DNA of 63,611 nt, filler included, from Asterionella formosa (GCA_002256025.1; 12 parts of 12 records of this genome joined end to end with filler, not necessarily neighbours in it); one strand, 5' to 3'; positions 48,836-62,056 are shown, counted from the whole stretch's first letter. The notes: generated by a model not told the origin, from the sequence alone. A program made the numbers and translations.

Positions 48836-49598
48836 TGTGTAACTCGTTCTCCAAGTCGACACCAAAGTATACAATGAGGGTTAGTCGAGTTCTCTCATTA
48901 TTGAGTTCTCATACATATATGATATAACACTAACCCTATATACATCTGTATTGATGCGCAAGATCGCTCACTCTCCCACACCAAGGGAAAACCTTATACC
49001 TTTGAAAAGGTTTGATGTAATGGATATTAATTCGTTCCGTAGTATGCATAGTTTGTTGAAAAGTAACTGTACCATTGGCATATACTTGAATAAATAGAAT
49101 AAGGACCTCGTCCATGGTTATCCAAGGTAGTAGGATTATCCAATAGGATTAAAACCTCATCAACAACCTTGTAATCGCAAGAACGACGACGGAAATTATC
49201 ACGACGTAGTCATTTGTCAATTATCACTTATCGACATTGATATCCCAATATCAATTACATATCTGTAATCAAATGATGTTGGAAAACCCATGTTCCTGGT
49301 GAAAATACACAATGTACTATAAATAGTAGCTCGAGCTGCATATGATGCAGCAAACTGGTATCCACAATATTCTGAACTTGAAATTCCTTGATTGGAGGAT
49401 GAGCCTTTAACATGACTTGTACATAGGCTTTTAATGTGCATGAAAGGAATACCAGTTAATTGACCTCCATTGTCATGTATACAACCTTCTGGACGGAGAT
49501 ATCCGTCCAACCAATCATTTTTAAATTTCATCGCAATATATTCTGATGTCTTATTATTGATATGTGAAATTTCTGGTAAATTGGTGACTGTGTTAACT
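48836..49598 (-). mobile_element. Decayed Ty3/Gypsy integrase C-terminus with PPT and 3' LTR remnant
   Basis: VTNLPEI..INNKTSEYIA.KF.N.WL..Y.RP..CIHDNGG, ASYAARAT, NGTV, RINI..IKPF, then a purine tract gtgggagag followed by TG...CA (~48971-48836). Confidence 0.75.
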
Positions 49599-49698
49599 NN
49601 NNNNNNNNNNNNNNNNNNNNNNNNNNNNNNNNNNNNNNNNNNTTAATTAATTAANNNNNNNNNNNNNNNNNNNNNNNNNNNNNNNNNNNNNNNNNNNN

Positions 49699-49780
49699 GC
49701 TTCTCAAAAAAATTGCGGGAATCGAACCACACAACTTGAAATCAAAGACAACGTGCCCAACCAACTGAGCCATTCCCCTG
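49699..49780 (-). mobile_element. tRNA-derived SINE-like head
   Basis: Reverse strand TGGCTCAGTTGG (A box)...GGTTCGATTCC (B box), then T-run; homologous to 21199-21278. Confidence 0.6.
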
Positions 49781-52700
49781 GCACTCCTATAAAAGAGTGA
49801 AACCCATTCCCCCAACAATCCCAAAGCCCAAATCAAACAAGATTCAGGGGGTTACAAGAACAATGTCTGCAAATAGAAAACATCATATTTGTACTTGCGT
49901 CAAGTTTTGATCGTTGAATTACATAAATATTTTTAGTCGAAAGATAGAGTAAAATAGCGGTGGCTTACAGTTTTTAAGTGGTACTCCGTACTTTGTACAT
50001 AGACTAGACGACTACTACGGGGATAGGATATGTGAAAGGATATGGGAATCCACGATATAAAGAACACCAAAGTGCACAACATCACGACAAATCCATGTGC
50101 CAGTGGATGCAGAGAAAATACTTGCAACACCATGTTACTATGATTCAAACTAGCTACTGATGGCAGCTGCAATGAAAAGGGAAATTGATTTTGATAGTAA
50201 TAAGAATTCTAATTTCTTCGTACTTATTACAGCTGAATAAATTTCGTTTCATCACTGCAATCAAGAGAAAGGAAACAATTTGTTGATCCAAAATGATTTC
50301 CTTCGTTGTTCTTGGCCTAACCAATCATGGTCACACATTGGACTTGTGCTAGGTGGCGGGTTCGATTCCCGCAAAAAAGTCTCTACCTGCTTTGTTTATC
50401 TAGTCCCTTGAGTTCTGGGTGGTGAGGCAGACAAGAAGCAGGTCTAAGACCAGGTGGTGCAACTTTCTTCACAACCTCCACAATTGTCAAGGTCTTTCGC
50501 AATAGCATACTACAAAATTTAGTTTACAAATTTTATTTGGTGAGCATAGGTGAAATGTGACCCAGGATTTTCTGCAAGATGAAGAAGTTGAACATTGCAA
50601 AGTAACAATAACAATGCTCTCTGCTATACTACTATTAAGGAATCAGTTTTGATTCAGTGTATCTAGCCATGAAGAAATAATTTTTCCAAAGTCACTAAGA
50701 TTATTGCATAGCGGTGGCTTACAGTGCATATTTTTCTATCTGTACATGTATATATTTTCCCCCCAAACCGTGTTTATTTTTACTCCGTTAATACTACAAA
50801 AATTATTTTCTTATTACTTTACGTTTTACACTTTTGCAGGGCAGCATCATCGTCGGAGAATTCTTCTGATGCATTATATAAATCTCGAGCTTCTTTGCAT
50901 CCAATTACTTGCTGGCGGAGTCTCAAACTTCATCACGGAATGGTGGATCCTCGGCAGTAGCAGTTGTAGAAGGAGAGGGAATAGCAACAGGAGGAGGTGC
51001 AGTAACAACAACCACAGCAATAGGAGGTGCATGGAGAGGGAATGGCGGCTGCTGGTCACCACGGTGATTGGTGTCGTCGAATCTTGTAATCAGAGCTTGC
51101 CTTGTTTGTGGAACCGGCAAATCACCTGATCGTTTGTACCAACGCACCATTAATTTCNNNNNNNNNNNNNNNNNNNNNNNNNNNNNNNNNNNNNNNNNNN
51201 NTTAATTAATTAANNNNNNNNNNNNNNNNNNNNNNNNNNNNNNNNNNNNNNNNNNNNTGTAGTCATAGTCTTATTTGTTGTGTGGCTACAGTAAAAGTGT
51301 TGCATCTGCTCGTAGCATCATCGTCTAAAAAATTGCGCATCACTAAATTACAAGAAAAAATGTGCCATCAGCGACGTCAATTTTCGTTGTCAATATTATT
51401 GTATTAGGATTATTCTTTTACGATTGTGCTTACTATGTCTTGCTTGATATATGGATCAAGAACTAGGAAAGCGTCGTTCTCATTTTTCGTCGAGATATTC
51501 GCTATTTTCATCATAGTCAAAGCTGTGACAACACGATGATGAAGGATTCTCCAGTCGCTTGCAACTACCGGTACGACAACTGCTTCACTATAGCGTCTTC
51601 TATATACAAAAGAATAGCAGAATTTCAGCTAAATATTTATATTCCAGAGCGAATGCGCGCCGTATTCTCGGATACTAAATATACTGCCTGGTGTGGATGA
51701 ATCAAGCCATACGTAGTATATAATATATTTGCAATGCTATACAGTGTACAGTTCATCTTACAGCCATTTGTTTATCGGTACTATTCAGTATAATTAGCTA
51801 CATTATTATGTATGTCGTAGGTGGGTGTGATGGTGGCTGCCTTGAAGTGATGACGTCAAAATAAGAAACAAAATTGCTACTTTAAGCAAAACGGTCCAAC
51901 AATAAGCAAAACCAACGACGCAAATGTCAAAATAAGCAAAACAGATTGGTTTCTAAATCTCAGGCTAAATCAGATGATAAGTCAAAATCAGAATGATGTA
52001 CTATAGGAATTATGAAGGCAGTCTATGATTGATGTCACAACAACAAAACTACCGTAATTCAGGTCACAAATGGGTAACAACCCATGATACTGTTTTTGAA
52101 TTTGGATTAATGATGATGCTAACCTAGCTAGCAGCTTTGGAAGTGAACAAACCTGAATGTGATTACTTTTTCGCTCTTCACTGCATTGGCAATTGTATTT
52201 GGTTGAGGAAGCCAGAGATGATCAAAGTTTGTTGATGGAGACATTAGAGAGCATATCAATATTTCTGTTACTGGAAGCTAGCTAAACCATAAAGCTAGTA
52301 TTTTACTGAAACTAGTGAGCTATCATAGTACTTTCCAACTCCTGGTGATTTTGGGATTATGTGTTGCATTTTCAATTTAAAACTCTATTTGTGTATGGCA
52401 TTAAGTCAATTGGACAATATATTGGTTCATTGATTGATCCAGCATGTTTACCTAAGCTGTAGCAGCATGCAATTGATTATGCTAGTTTCTCTTTGCACTT
52501 TCCTAATACTCAAAAGCAGTACAGTCAAAGTTGCTCGACCTAGAAATGATATAGGCAGTATTACTTGTACGAGTAAAGGCCTTTTTGAGAAAAGAGAGAG
52601 AGTATAAGTGTGAGTTCTTGTAAGTGAATACCACAAATTCAAACCCAAAGCAGGTATTCTTACCAAGGATGAGGGTCTCATATCCCACACACATGAGATG

Positions 52701-52816
52701 CCAGCGGAGGTCCAGANNNNNNNNNNNNNNNNNNNNNNNNNNNNNNNNNNNNNNNNNNNNTTAATTAATTAANNNNNNNNNNNNNNNNNNNNNNNNNNNN
52801 NNNNNNNNNNNNNNNN

Positions 52817-53220
52817 AAGGGACCTGAAACAATGGCTCATGTTCATCGTTTATAATCATCATTTCCTTGGCGCGTCCGTTCAAGGCTCTGTCCACGACTC
52901 CTGTATCCATCGGCACTTCCTCCATGGGAGGAGTGAAAAAATCGGAAGAGGTTGTTGCATCTGTGTTGGTAGCCTCTTCACGAGACAAATTTCGTCCACG
53001 CAGTTCGCTCTACAGTCAAATGGAGAACACACAACATTATTAGGAAACCTGGAGCAGAAAATGTCTGGGCGTGGCTGGAATGCCGCCGAATTTGGTGGCT
53101 CAAAGTGATTTTGGTACAAGACTATCAGCTACTTACTTGTTTTACTGCTTCGACAGCATTGATTGACACCGAAGCCAAGAAGGCTATAAATATGACTGCT
53201 TTTCTCAGGAAGGTTGGCAT
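52817..53220 (-). CDS. 5' part of a secreted diatom-type precursor; exons 53220-53137 and 53009->52817
   Basis: Signal peptide MPTFLRKAVIFIAFLASVSINA; phase-0 intron 53010-53136 (gtaagt...tag) gives SELRGRNLSREE with LRG/RXL propeptide motifs; cut by contig end. Confidence 0.55.
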
Positions 53221-54374
53221 CTTGGTTTAGCAAAGTGTTGAACATAAGCAATGACTGATTCAATGATAACTTGTAATTTGCATTTAATTCTGCAATTAAG
53301 TCATGACTCGACTCATCTTGAAGGTTCGCTAGCTTACTAGTGTATTTCCTCTGCCTGATTCATGATTTGAGGGGAGGTAAACATGATTAAATCATCAAAT
53401 GTCGGGCAATTCAGCATTGATGCCATAAATATATACAATTCAGTCATGACATAAAAAAATAAAAAATAAATCATACAAAAATAAATGTACAGTTGCTTTT
53501 ATATTTTTATTCAATTACTGGTACCCTTATTTGACTCATGAACACGAACGCAATCCTGGTGCTCGTACTCAGCCAGTACCTGGTACCAGGTACCAAAATG
53601 CAGTCACATGTGTCAAGGATGTTTCACAAGGATTGAGGACTCGATTTTAATCCAACGAGTCGAATCTTGTATTGCCACATCAATCAGCTATCTAACAACA
53701 TCAAAGATTGAAGATTTCTATGGAAATGTTAATTGGAAATTCGAAGAGAGTCTTAGAATGACTTTGTGGGAAGCAAAGATGCATGGAAAGGAAATATTTA
53801 GTTTAGCTTATAATTTAATTTAATTTAATTTTAGAGTATCAATTGAGTAAACAGTGTGTTAATTGACGCATAGGAAGGTCAATTACTGGTAGTTTATCTA
53901 GCAGTAAAAGGCTATGTAGAAGTAGAGCAGAGAGAAAAGTAAGTGGTACAAGGTACTACGAGCACATAAGAGCCAACGTGAAGAGACCCAGCCCATGGGA
54001 AAGTTGGCTTATCAATAATAGTAATAAATACAGAAAGCAAGTGAACAAATCAGGAGAATCAACATTTGCCTAGTATAATAGTAGAGAGAGATGGTAACTT
54101 TGTTGACTCTCGCAGGGATGACGAAAGACAACGGCAATTGGCGTAAGTATCAGAGTTTGTAGTTTATGCACCACCATTAACAGTAGCCTTTCGTGACAAT
54201 TGCATGGTACCAAGAAGATATAGAATGGCCCATTTCTAGCTCATTCTCACCAATCATCTTCCCCTCTATAATGTNNNNNNNNNNNNNNNNNNNNNNNNNN
54301 NNNNNNNNNNNNNNNNNNTTAATTAATTAANNNNNNNNNNNNNNNNNNNNNNNNNNNNNNNNNNNNNNNNNNNN

Positions 54375-55500
54375 CAATTCCATCGTATCCTCTTGCTTCA
54401 CTTACCACAAATCAATGCAACTGATGCATAAGTCTGTAATAGTAACTTGTCAGTAAATTCTTGAATAAGTAAGTTTCGGGTATCCAATGTTGTTGAATAA
54501 ACTTACCGGTACATTTTTGTCATCTTAGCTAACTTTGAGAGAAGGTAAACGTTTTGTCAGCTTTGTTCCAACAGAAGTGAATAGGTCCAACGAGCGACAA
54601 GAGCACTTACGCAATTTGGTTTGGTTTTGTTTTACATTGGTGCTCCCTAACAAGCGAAACGAGCTGTTTAATCAACTGAGAAAAAAGGAAATGTGGCTGC
54701 GTTTAGTTAACAATTTGTTGTTGTGCTGCCTGTCTCCCAACGATTGTCATCCAAGTAGCTACCACATTGATGGCTTCATTACCTTAAACATTCTCCATCC
54801 TTCGAATGCGCAATGTGTTGAAGTCACAATGTTTTTCGTTATGTATTGTGAAAATTTTCTTTTCTCTTAATGTGCTTTACTACGACGTATCTTTTCATGA
54901 AGCAGCAGGCATTGTTTGTTAACATGACAGAACGATTTCAAAAATATATATGCCATGAATATAGAAATAAAATTTGTAAATATATATATATATATATTAG
55001 CTAAGTGTTATACATTTATAAAATTCAATCGCGCTCTCGATATGGAACATCTGATATGGTTGAGATGATCATACTCGCATATACATAATTCGAAAATACT
55101 CAATGCACTATATGTCCATTGTTTTCCACGACTACGTGTACCGGAACTGTTTCTGAAATTTGTTTGCATCGATATTTTCTACGTCCGTTGAAACTAATTA
55201 TTTAGACCGTTCAAATGCCGCAAGGGTTTTGGTAGCAAATTGTTTAAGCCCCTTTTGTACCGGTACATCATATGACAATAACAATATATCATATATATAT
55301 ACAGAGTACCAGTAGCAGGTAGTAAGTGATATACTGGGGGTAGTCGGAGTAGTAAACTAGCAACAGAACACCATATGTTCAGGACTGTTGCTACTGCAGT
55401 GGGACAGTAAATCATCATAGTTTTAGGATCGTATGATCGTAAAAAACACCAAAAAAACACCATATGTTCATGACTGTTGCAATTACATTGGTACAGTAAA
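54375..55500. repeat. ~1.1-kb non-coding repeat; inverted near-identical copy at 59046-60147
   Basis: Long colinear reverse-complement match with small indels. Confidence 0.9.
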
Positions 55501-55613
55501 TCATCATAGTTTTAGGATCAAATAATCGTAAAACTAAAAACAAATAGAACACCATATGTTCATGACTGTTGCAATTACAGTGGGACAGTAAATCATCATA
55601 ATTTTAGGATTGT
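55367..55613. repeat. Three ~90-bp tandem units (~68-bp conserved core plus A-rich linker) at the end of the repeat
   Basis: aacaccatatgttca.gactgttgc..t.ca.tgg.acagtaaatcatcata.ttttaggat at 55367, 55456 and 55548. Confidence 0.9.
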
Positions 55614-55832
55614 ATGGCCGAAGAAGGAAGCGACGAAAAGATCACCATTACGAGCGGAACGAGAGAAATCGCTTACGACGCCAAGTCTGGACGATTCTTT
55701 GAGAATAACTTGCAGGAAGAAGAATGCATTCCTGACGAGGAATACTGTGTCGTCGATCCGGAAAGTGGGGAACTCATTCGTCTCACAGTAGCCGAAAAGG
55801 AGCGTATCTTTCTGGACGCGCTTCAGTCCTAC
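55614..55832 (+). CDS. PGRL1: PGR5-like protein 1 (PGRL1) fragment lacking its presequence; 3' end in gap
   Basis: EEYCVVD....LTVAEKERIFLDALQSY matches the PGRL1 motif C.ID...T..E.E..FL.ALQS(F/Y)Y. Confidence 0.75.
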
Positions 55833-56310
55833 NNNNNNNNNNNNNNNNNNNNNNNNNNNNNNNNNNNNNNNNNNNNTTAATTAATTAANNNNNNNNNNNN
55901 NNNNNNNNNNNNNNNNNNNNNNNNNNNNNNNNTGAACAACGACAAAAAAGTATATACAGTATACAAATAGCGAGGCACTTTGATTTTTATCCAAGTTTTA
56001 TGTCCCCGGCCTTGGAAGCGAGTGGACGAAGTACCGGTACTAGAACAACCTTATGTAAAAGACCAAAAGGAGACCAGGTGCGAAATCATCATGTGTACCA
56101 GAACTACTAGCAAGGAGTACCGTGTATATCGGTAGGTAACCAAGGTATGAGGGCGTTTATACAACCGGAAACATCCTGGTCGTAGTAGTAGCAGTATCAA
56201 ACCCATCTTCATCTGTACCGATGCCTGAATACCGGTACCTTTGTTGCAATAATGTCCATGCAAGGTACCGGTACTCTATTCGAGTATCAGGTACCTGGTA
56301 CCTGTTACCA

Positions 56311-56400
56311 GCAAGTTGCGGTAATTTTGCAGAAACTAAGGATTTAGCTATCTTTGTCCCAGATTAAAATGTTAGTTCAAGCAAAATTACCGCAACTTGC
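56311..56400. mobile_element. 90-bp MITE with perfect 20-bp TIRs; degenerate sister at 56504-56591
   Basis: GCAAGTTGCGGTAATTTTGC ... GCAAAATTACCGCAACTTGC. Confidence 0.85.
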
Positions 56401-57489
56401 AGGTATGCTGATGCGAGGACTCGGAGTATCTGCCGGAAAGGGCGAAAGCAAGGACGACAAGCAAAAAATCATAAATAATTCGGGACCACAAGGTTCGCTT
56501 TCTGCAAGCTGCGGCAATTGAGCTTAAGCTGAATTTTTAGCCATCTTTATCCCATATTAAATTGTTTTTAAGCAAAATGACCACAACTTGCCTGGTTACT
56601 ACTTGAGCGAGGTTCAATCATTTATAATTAGGAAGTCATTTATGATGAAGCATAATACCGGTACTTGAAAATATCAAAAGGATTTAATTACCGTAATCAT
56701 GTTGTAGACAAGGCCTTGGCATTTTTTCAAAAGTCATCGAGAAGGATAAATAATAATTATACGGGTATGTAAACTGCTATCTGTACGCAATTTTTGGGGG
56801 GTTATATACGAAATGCCGGGGATACGTTCTCTCACACTATTATGTAGTATCATAAATGACGGGTCATTGTCATATAGCACTATGTCTCTTTCCTTGTGAT
56901 TTAGAGTCAAGATTCCTGGTGTAGTCCTGCATCAGTCATCATGAAGATTCCTGAGCATTTCAACCCTAGATTTAGAGGTAGGGTTAAAAATAATATTGAG
57001 TCAGAGTAGTCAAACAAACACTTCTCACGAGTAAAATGTAAATGTAAATCACTACATAGACTTTCACCAATATACATTCTTTCCACAGACCGGAATATAC
57101 GTATGTAGATACAGCCATTGATCAAATTACCAGTAGGTGTACCAGTATAACAATAGGTCAACTCTATATTACATCAGTATACACAAAGGTGTTGAGATGT
57201 TCCAGATCTCCTTGATAGTACTTACATTCTCCACTAGCTAGTAGTAGTTCGACAACACTTTAATCTGCCTTTAGATTTGCCTTTTTTAATGCTGTGATTA
57301 CTTCAGTTTGCTTTTCTATCAATCTGCCAAATTACTTGGTTATACCAAATTGATCTTGCTTCATGAATCTTACTTTCTTGGACTTGCTTNNNNNNNNNNN
57401 NNNNNNNNNNNNNNNNNNNNNNNNNNNNNNNNNTTAATTAATTAANNNNNNNNNNNNNNNNNNNNNNNNNNNNNNNNNNNNNNNNNNNN

Positions 57490-58377
57490 TGGGCAGTATT
57501 CACAACCAATTTCCGATGTGCTGTGCAAGCATAGAGTACTGCACAGTATCATTCAATATCAGATTCTTCATAGCAGACAGAATTATAGTGATACCTTGAT
57601 TTGCAGCAATTTTCGCCTTGTTGTTGTAAGTCACAGCCAAGTTCCCAAGTATTGAACAACCAGATTCTTTCACAGTAGCAATCTTTGGATGTTCTTCCAT
57701 AGCAGACAAAACTGTAGTGATACCTCCTTCTTTAACAATCATCAACTTATTATTGTCATTATTCACAACGAAGTTCTGAAGCTTCATGAGACCTTCTTCT
57801 TGCCCAGTAGCATTGACTAAAGAAATCATCATCATCATCATAGAAGGCATAATTGTTGTAATTTCTTCTATAGTCAAGTCAAGTCAGTATTGACCTTGTG
57901 GATACAGTTCTTGTTTAGATTAACAAGTCCCTCAAATTTTGTTAATAAATTATCATCATGAATTGGATTTCACTTGGCAAAAAGTGAAATCCAGACTTTA
58001 TGGTCCTTGAGTGCCTCAGCTATGATGGCCTTGGTACCCTCATTACCAATTGAATTACCATTGAGATATAGTGGTAGCATACTGAGATCAATTGCAGTCA
58101 AGAAGGTATAGACCGTGAGGAGGGCCTCTGCAATGGCCTTGGCATGATCAACAACAATAGATTTACCTCCAAGATAAAAAAGTGTGGTCAAGACAGCATT
58201 GACCAAGACGGCCAGCAATGCAATTTCCTTGGCGCCATCATCACCAATTGAATTATAACTGAGACTAAGAAGTTCAGTCAAACTTGGATCATTTTCTTTC
58301 AACCATTTGACACATCTTTCCAATTCCTCTGTTACTGTTTTCCCTCCAGATGATAGTGAAACCATTGTCAATCTCAT
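57490..58377 (-). pseudogene. Decayed RNI-like LRR plus armadillo-repeat gene
   Basis: LSYNSIGDDGAKEIA, LNGNSIGNEGTKAI(A)EAL (NLRC3-like LRRs); GGITTVLSAMEEHP....ESGCSILGNLA (ARM); indels and stops; CpG-poor. Confidence 0.7.
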
Positions 58378-58512
58378 CTTGAATGTAAATGAAGTTGTTT
58401 ATAATTTTTTTAGCAACTTGCTCCCCATCCCAGTATAAAAGTGTCCATTGTTTCTGACTTGGTATATAATAACCAGGTTATAAATACTGCCTCACTAAAA
58501 TAATGCATAACT

Positions 58513-58587
58513 GTGGTTATTCGTCATCAAGTCTGACTTGGTGGCGTCAGACTTTGGACTCAAGTCCAGACTTGGAATGAATAACTA
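58513..58587. mobile_element. ~75-bp palindromic MITE-like unit (GGTTATT termini, AAGTCTGAC motifs)
   Basis: gtggttattcgtcatcaagtctgacttg ... caagtccagacttggaatgaataactag form an imperfect inverted repeat. Confidence 0.6.
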
Positions 58588-60375
58588 GAGGTTATTATTA
58601 TATCCAAACGACGCGTCAGACTTCATTTTTTGTGGCAAGTCTGGACGTGTTAAAATAACCAACCCTCACCTCTCTTTTATATCATGTACAGTTATGACGC
58701 ATAATTATCGGTATGTTATGTACATATATGGAGTATATAGCAATAGGTACCCTGGTACCTGGTACCAGGTAGTACCAGTATTTTGTTGTTGGACAGAAAA
58801 TTATACCCGTAGTGACAGCTAGTGCACTAGCAATCAAGTAGCACCGTTTACACAGGCAGTGATCATGAATGTTTGTAATTTCGCTGTTATCATCATCTTG
58901 TTACAACCAAAACCAAACTCTCGTTCTTCTTTGCCTGTCTCATCCNNNNNNNNNNNNNNNNNNNNNNNNNNNNNNNNNNNNNNNNNNNNTTAATTAATTA
59001 ANNNNNNNNNNNNNNNNNNNNNNNNNNNNNNNNNNNNNNNNNNNNAGCAACAGTCATGAACATATGGTGTTCTTTTGGATCATAATTTTACGATCATACG
59101 ATCCTAAAACTATGATGATTTACTGTCCCACTGCAGTAGCAACAGTCCTGAACATATGGTGTTCTGTTGCTAGTTTACCGGTACTACTCTGACTACCCCC
59201 AGTAGATCACTTACTACCTGCTACTGGTACCCTGTATGTATAAATGATACATTGTTATTGTCATATGATGTACCGGTACACATGAAGAGCTCCCGCCCAA
59301 AAAAGGGGCATTTGAACGGTCTAAATAATAAGTTTCAACGGACGTAGAAAATATCGATGCAAACAAATTTCAGAAACAATTCCGGTACACGTAGTCGTGG
59401 AAAACAATGGACATATAGTGCATTGAGTATTTTCGAATTATGTATATGCGAGTATGATCATCTCAACCATATCAGATGTTCCATATCGAGAGCGCCTTTG
59501 AATTTTATAAAATGTATAACACTTGATATATATATATATTTACAAATTTTATTTCTATATTCATGGCATATATATTTTTGAAATCGTTCTGTCATATTAA
59601 CAAACAATGCCTGCTCCTTCATGAAAAGATACGTCGTAGTAAAGCACTTTAAAAGAAAAGAAAATTTTCGCAATACATAACGAAAAACATTGTGACTTCG
59701 ACACATTGCGCAATCGAAGGATGGAGAATGTTTAAGGTAATATAATGAAGCCATCAATGTGGTACTTGGATGACAATCGTTGGGAGACAGGCAGGCAGCA
59801 CAACAACAAATTGTTAACTAAACGCAGCCACATTTCCTTTTTTCTCAGTTGATTAAACAGCTCGTTTCGCTTGTTGGGGAGCGCACCAATGTAAAACCAA
59901 ACCAAACCAAATTGCGTATGTGCTCTTGTCGCTCGTTGGACCTATTCACTTCTGTTGGAACAAAGCTGACAAAACGTTTACCTTCTCTCAAAGTTAAGAT
60001 GACAAAAATGTACCGGTAAGTTTATTCGACAACATTGGATACCCGAAACTTACTTATTCAAGAATTTACTGACAAGTTACTATTACAGACTTATGCATCA
60101 GTTGCATTGATTTGTGGTAAGTGAAGCAAGAGGATACGATGGAATTGCGTGTCATTGTTTCAATGTAACATGACTACTACATCTAAGCCGCGTATTACGT
60201 GAAGTGACCATCATGTAAATAAGCCTAGTTGATTTTGAATGGATCACATGAATTAGTTGAATACATCAAAATGCTTACTTGAATATATCTATATATTATC
60301 TGAATACATCACGTTAATTATTTGATCAGAGTATCATGCATGCATTCCTGATCATCACTATATTACGTGATCACC

Positions 60376-60489
60376 TTCACATAATTATTTGAAATAATTC
60401 ACATAATTATTTAAAATACTTCACATAATTATTTGAAATACTTCACATAATTATTTGAAATACTTCACATAATTATTTGAAATACTTCA
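60376..60489. repeat. 22-bp minisatellite, 5 copies (TTCACATAATTATTTGAAATAC)
   Basis: Direct inspection. Confidence 0.95.
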
Positions 60490-60602
60490 ATTAATTCTGT
60501 ANNNNNNNNNNNNNNNNNNNNNNNNNNNNNNNNNNNNNNNNNNNNTTAATTAATTAANNNNNNNNNNNNNNNNNNNNNNNNNNNNNNNNNNNNNNNNNNN
60601 NG

Positions 60603-62056
60603 AATAGCATCACCGAATCAAATAATGTTCTCAGCAACCATCGGTTTGACGTAACAAATAAATCTGTCTACAAGAAACCAGGAGATAATGATAAAGAGAG
60701 GAAACATAAGGATGCAGGCAAGGAAGACGAAGATGTGAACTTATCGTTTGCACAGTTAGAAGGAAAATGTTACTGCTGCGGAAAAGCAGGTCACAAATCC
60801 CCTTCGTGTCGAGACAAGAATAAACCCAAAGAGGAATGGGCTATCAACAAGGCCCAAAGCCATGCACAGGCACAGGCTACTAATACATCTGACACGAGTA
60901 CAGTTACCTCTGTTAATTCCAACAACCCGCCGTCATCACAAGCTTCACAACAAGCAAATGCCAATCAATTTGGATGGACGGGAGCTCATATGAAACTACA
61001 ATTTTACCAAGCATCTGAGATGCGTGACTGGATACTATTGGATAATCAATCAAGTGTCACAGTCTTTTGCAATCCAAAAATGGTTAATAACATTCAAATG
61101 TCAACCAACGGAAGCATGCACCTGGCCACAAATGGTGGATCCATGGTAACTAACATGAAGGCTGATCTTCCAGAATGGGGAGAAGTATGGTTTAATGAAA
61201 AGGCTATCACAAACATCTTCAGTTATGCCGAAATGGCAGATAGGTACAGAATTACCTATGACTCTGAGAAAGAAGATGCATTCATTGTTCATTTGCCAGA
61301 CAAAACAGTTCGATTTGAAAGAATTGGGATGAACTTATATGTTTTCAAGCCAACTACAAGAATTAGAGTGGAGAATGCTCAAATGTTAAATACACTTGAA
61401 GAAAACAAAACATTTTACACTGAACGTCAATTTCAGAGAGCTAAGCGAGCTCGTGATCTATTTCATGCCTTGGGTACACCATCAATTAATGATTTCAAGG
61501 CAATAATTCGTATGAATACGATCAACAATAATCCAGTGACTACCGATGATATCAAAATTGCAGAGAAAATTTTTGGACCTGACATCGGAACACTAAAAGG
61601 CAAGACAACTCGTCGCAAGCCGCTGCCAGTCATGAACGACTACATCGAGATTCCTAAGGAGCTTATCCAAGCTCAACGCGAAGTGACTCTTTGCATGGAT
61701 GGAATGAAAGTCAATGGACAATCATTTCTCACAACAATTTCTCGAAACATTATGTATAGGACAGCGCAATGGGTCAAGAATCAGACAGCTGAAGTCTATC
61801 GAGATGCTTTGATTCAGGTATTCCGTGTTTATAATACCGGAGGATTTAAAATTACAACAATCCACTGTGACAACGAGTTTCGACCTTTGATGGAACAAAT
61901 TTCCAATGAATTTCAAGTCACTATGAACTACGCAAACCCACAAGAACATGTTCCCGAAGCGGAGCGAAATAATCGAGTGATTAAAGAACGCGTGCGCGCA
62001 GCTTATCATCGATTACCTTTCAAACATTTGCCGCGACTGATGATTAAGATTCTAGT
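60603..62056 (+). mobile_element. Ty1/Copia (CoDi-like) gag-pol with uninterrupted ORF across the contig
   Basis: NNVLSNHRFD, zinc knuckle CYCCGKAGHKSPSC, protease WILLDNQS, GAG-pre-integrase HALGTPS, integrase MDG..VN / HCDNEF / EHVPEAERNNRVIKERVR. Confidence 0.95.

Noticed and set aside
50704..51150. Overlapping short ORFs with a Pro/Val-rich tract
   Set aside because: Contig-edge fragment, possibly a transposase tail; insufficient evidence.
55367..55613. CRISPR-like repeat-spacer appearance
   Set aside because: Repeats are ~68 bp, linkers are related A-rich sequence, there are no cas genes, and the context is eukaryotic.
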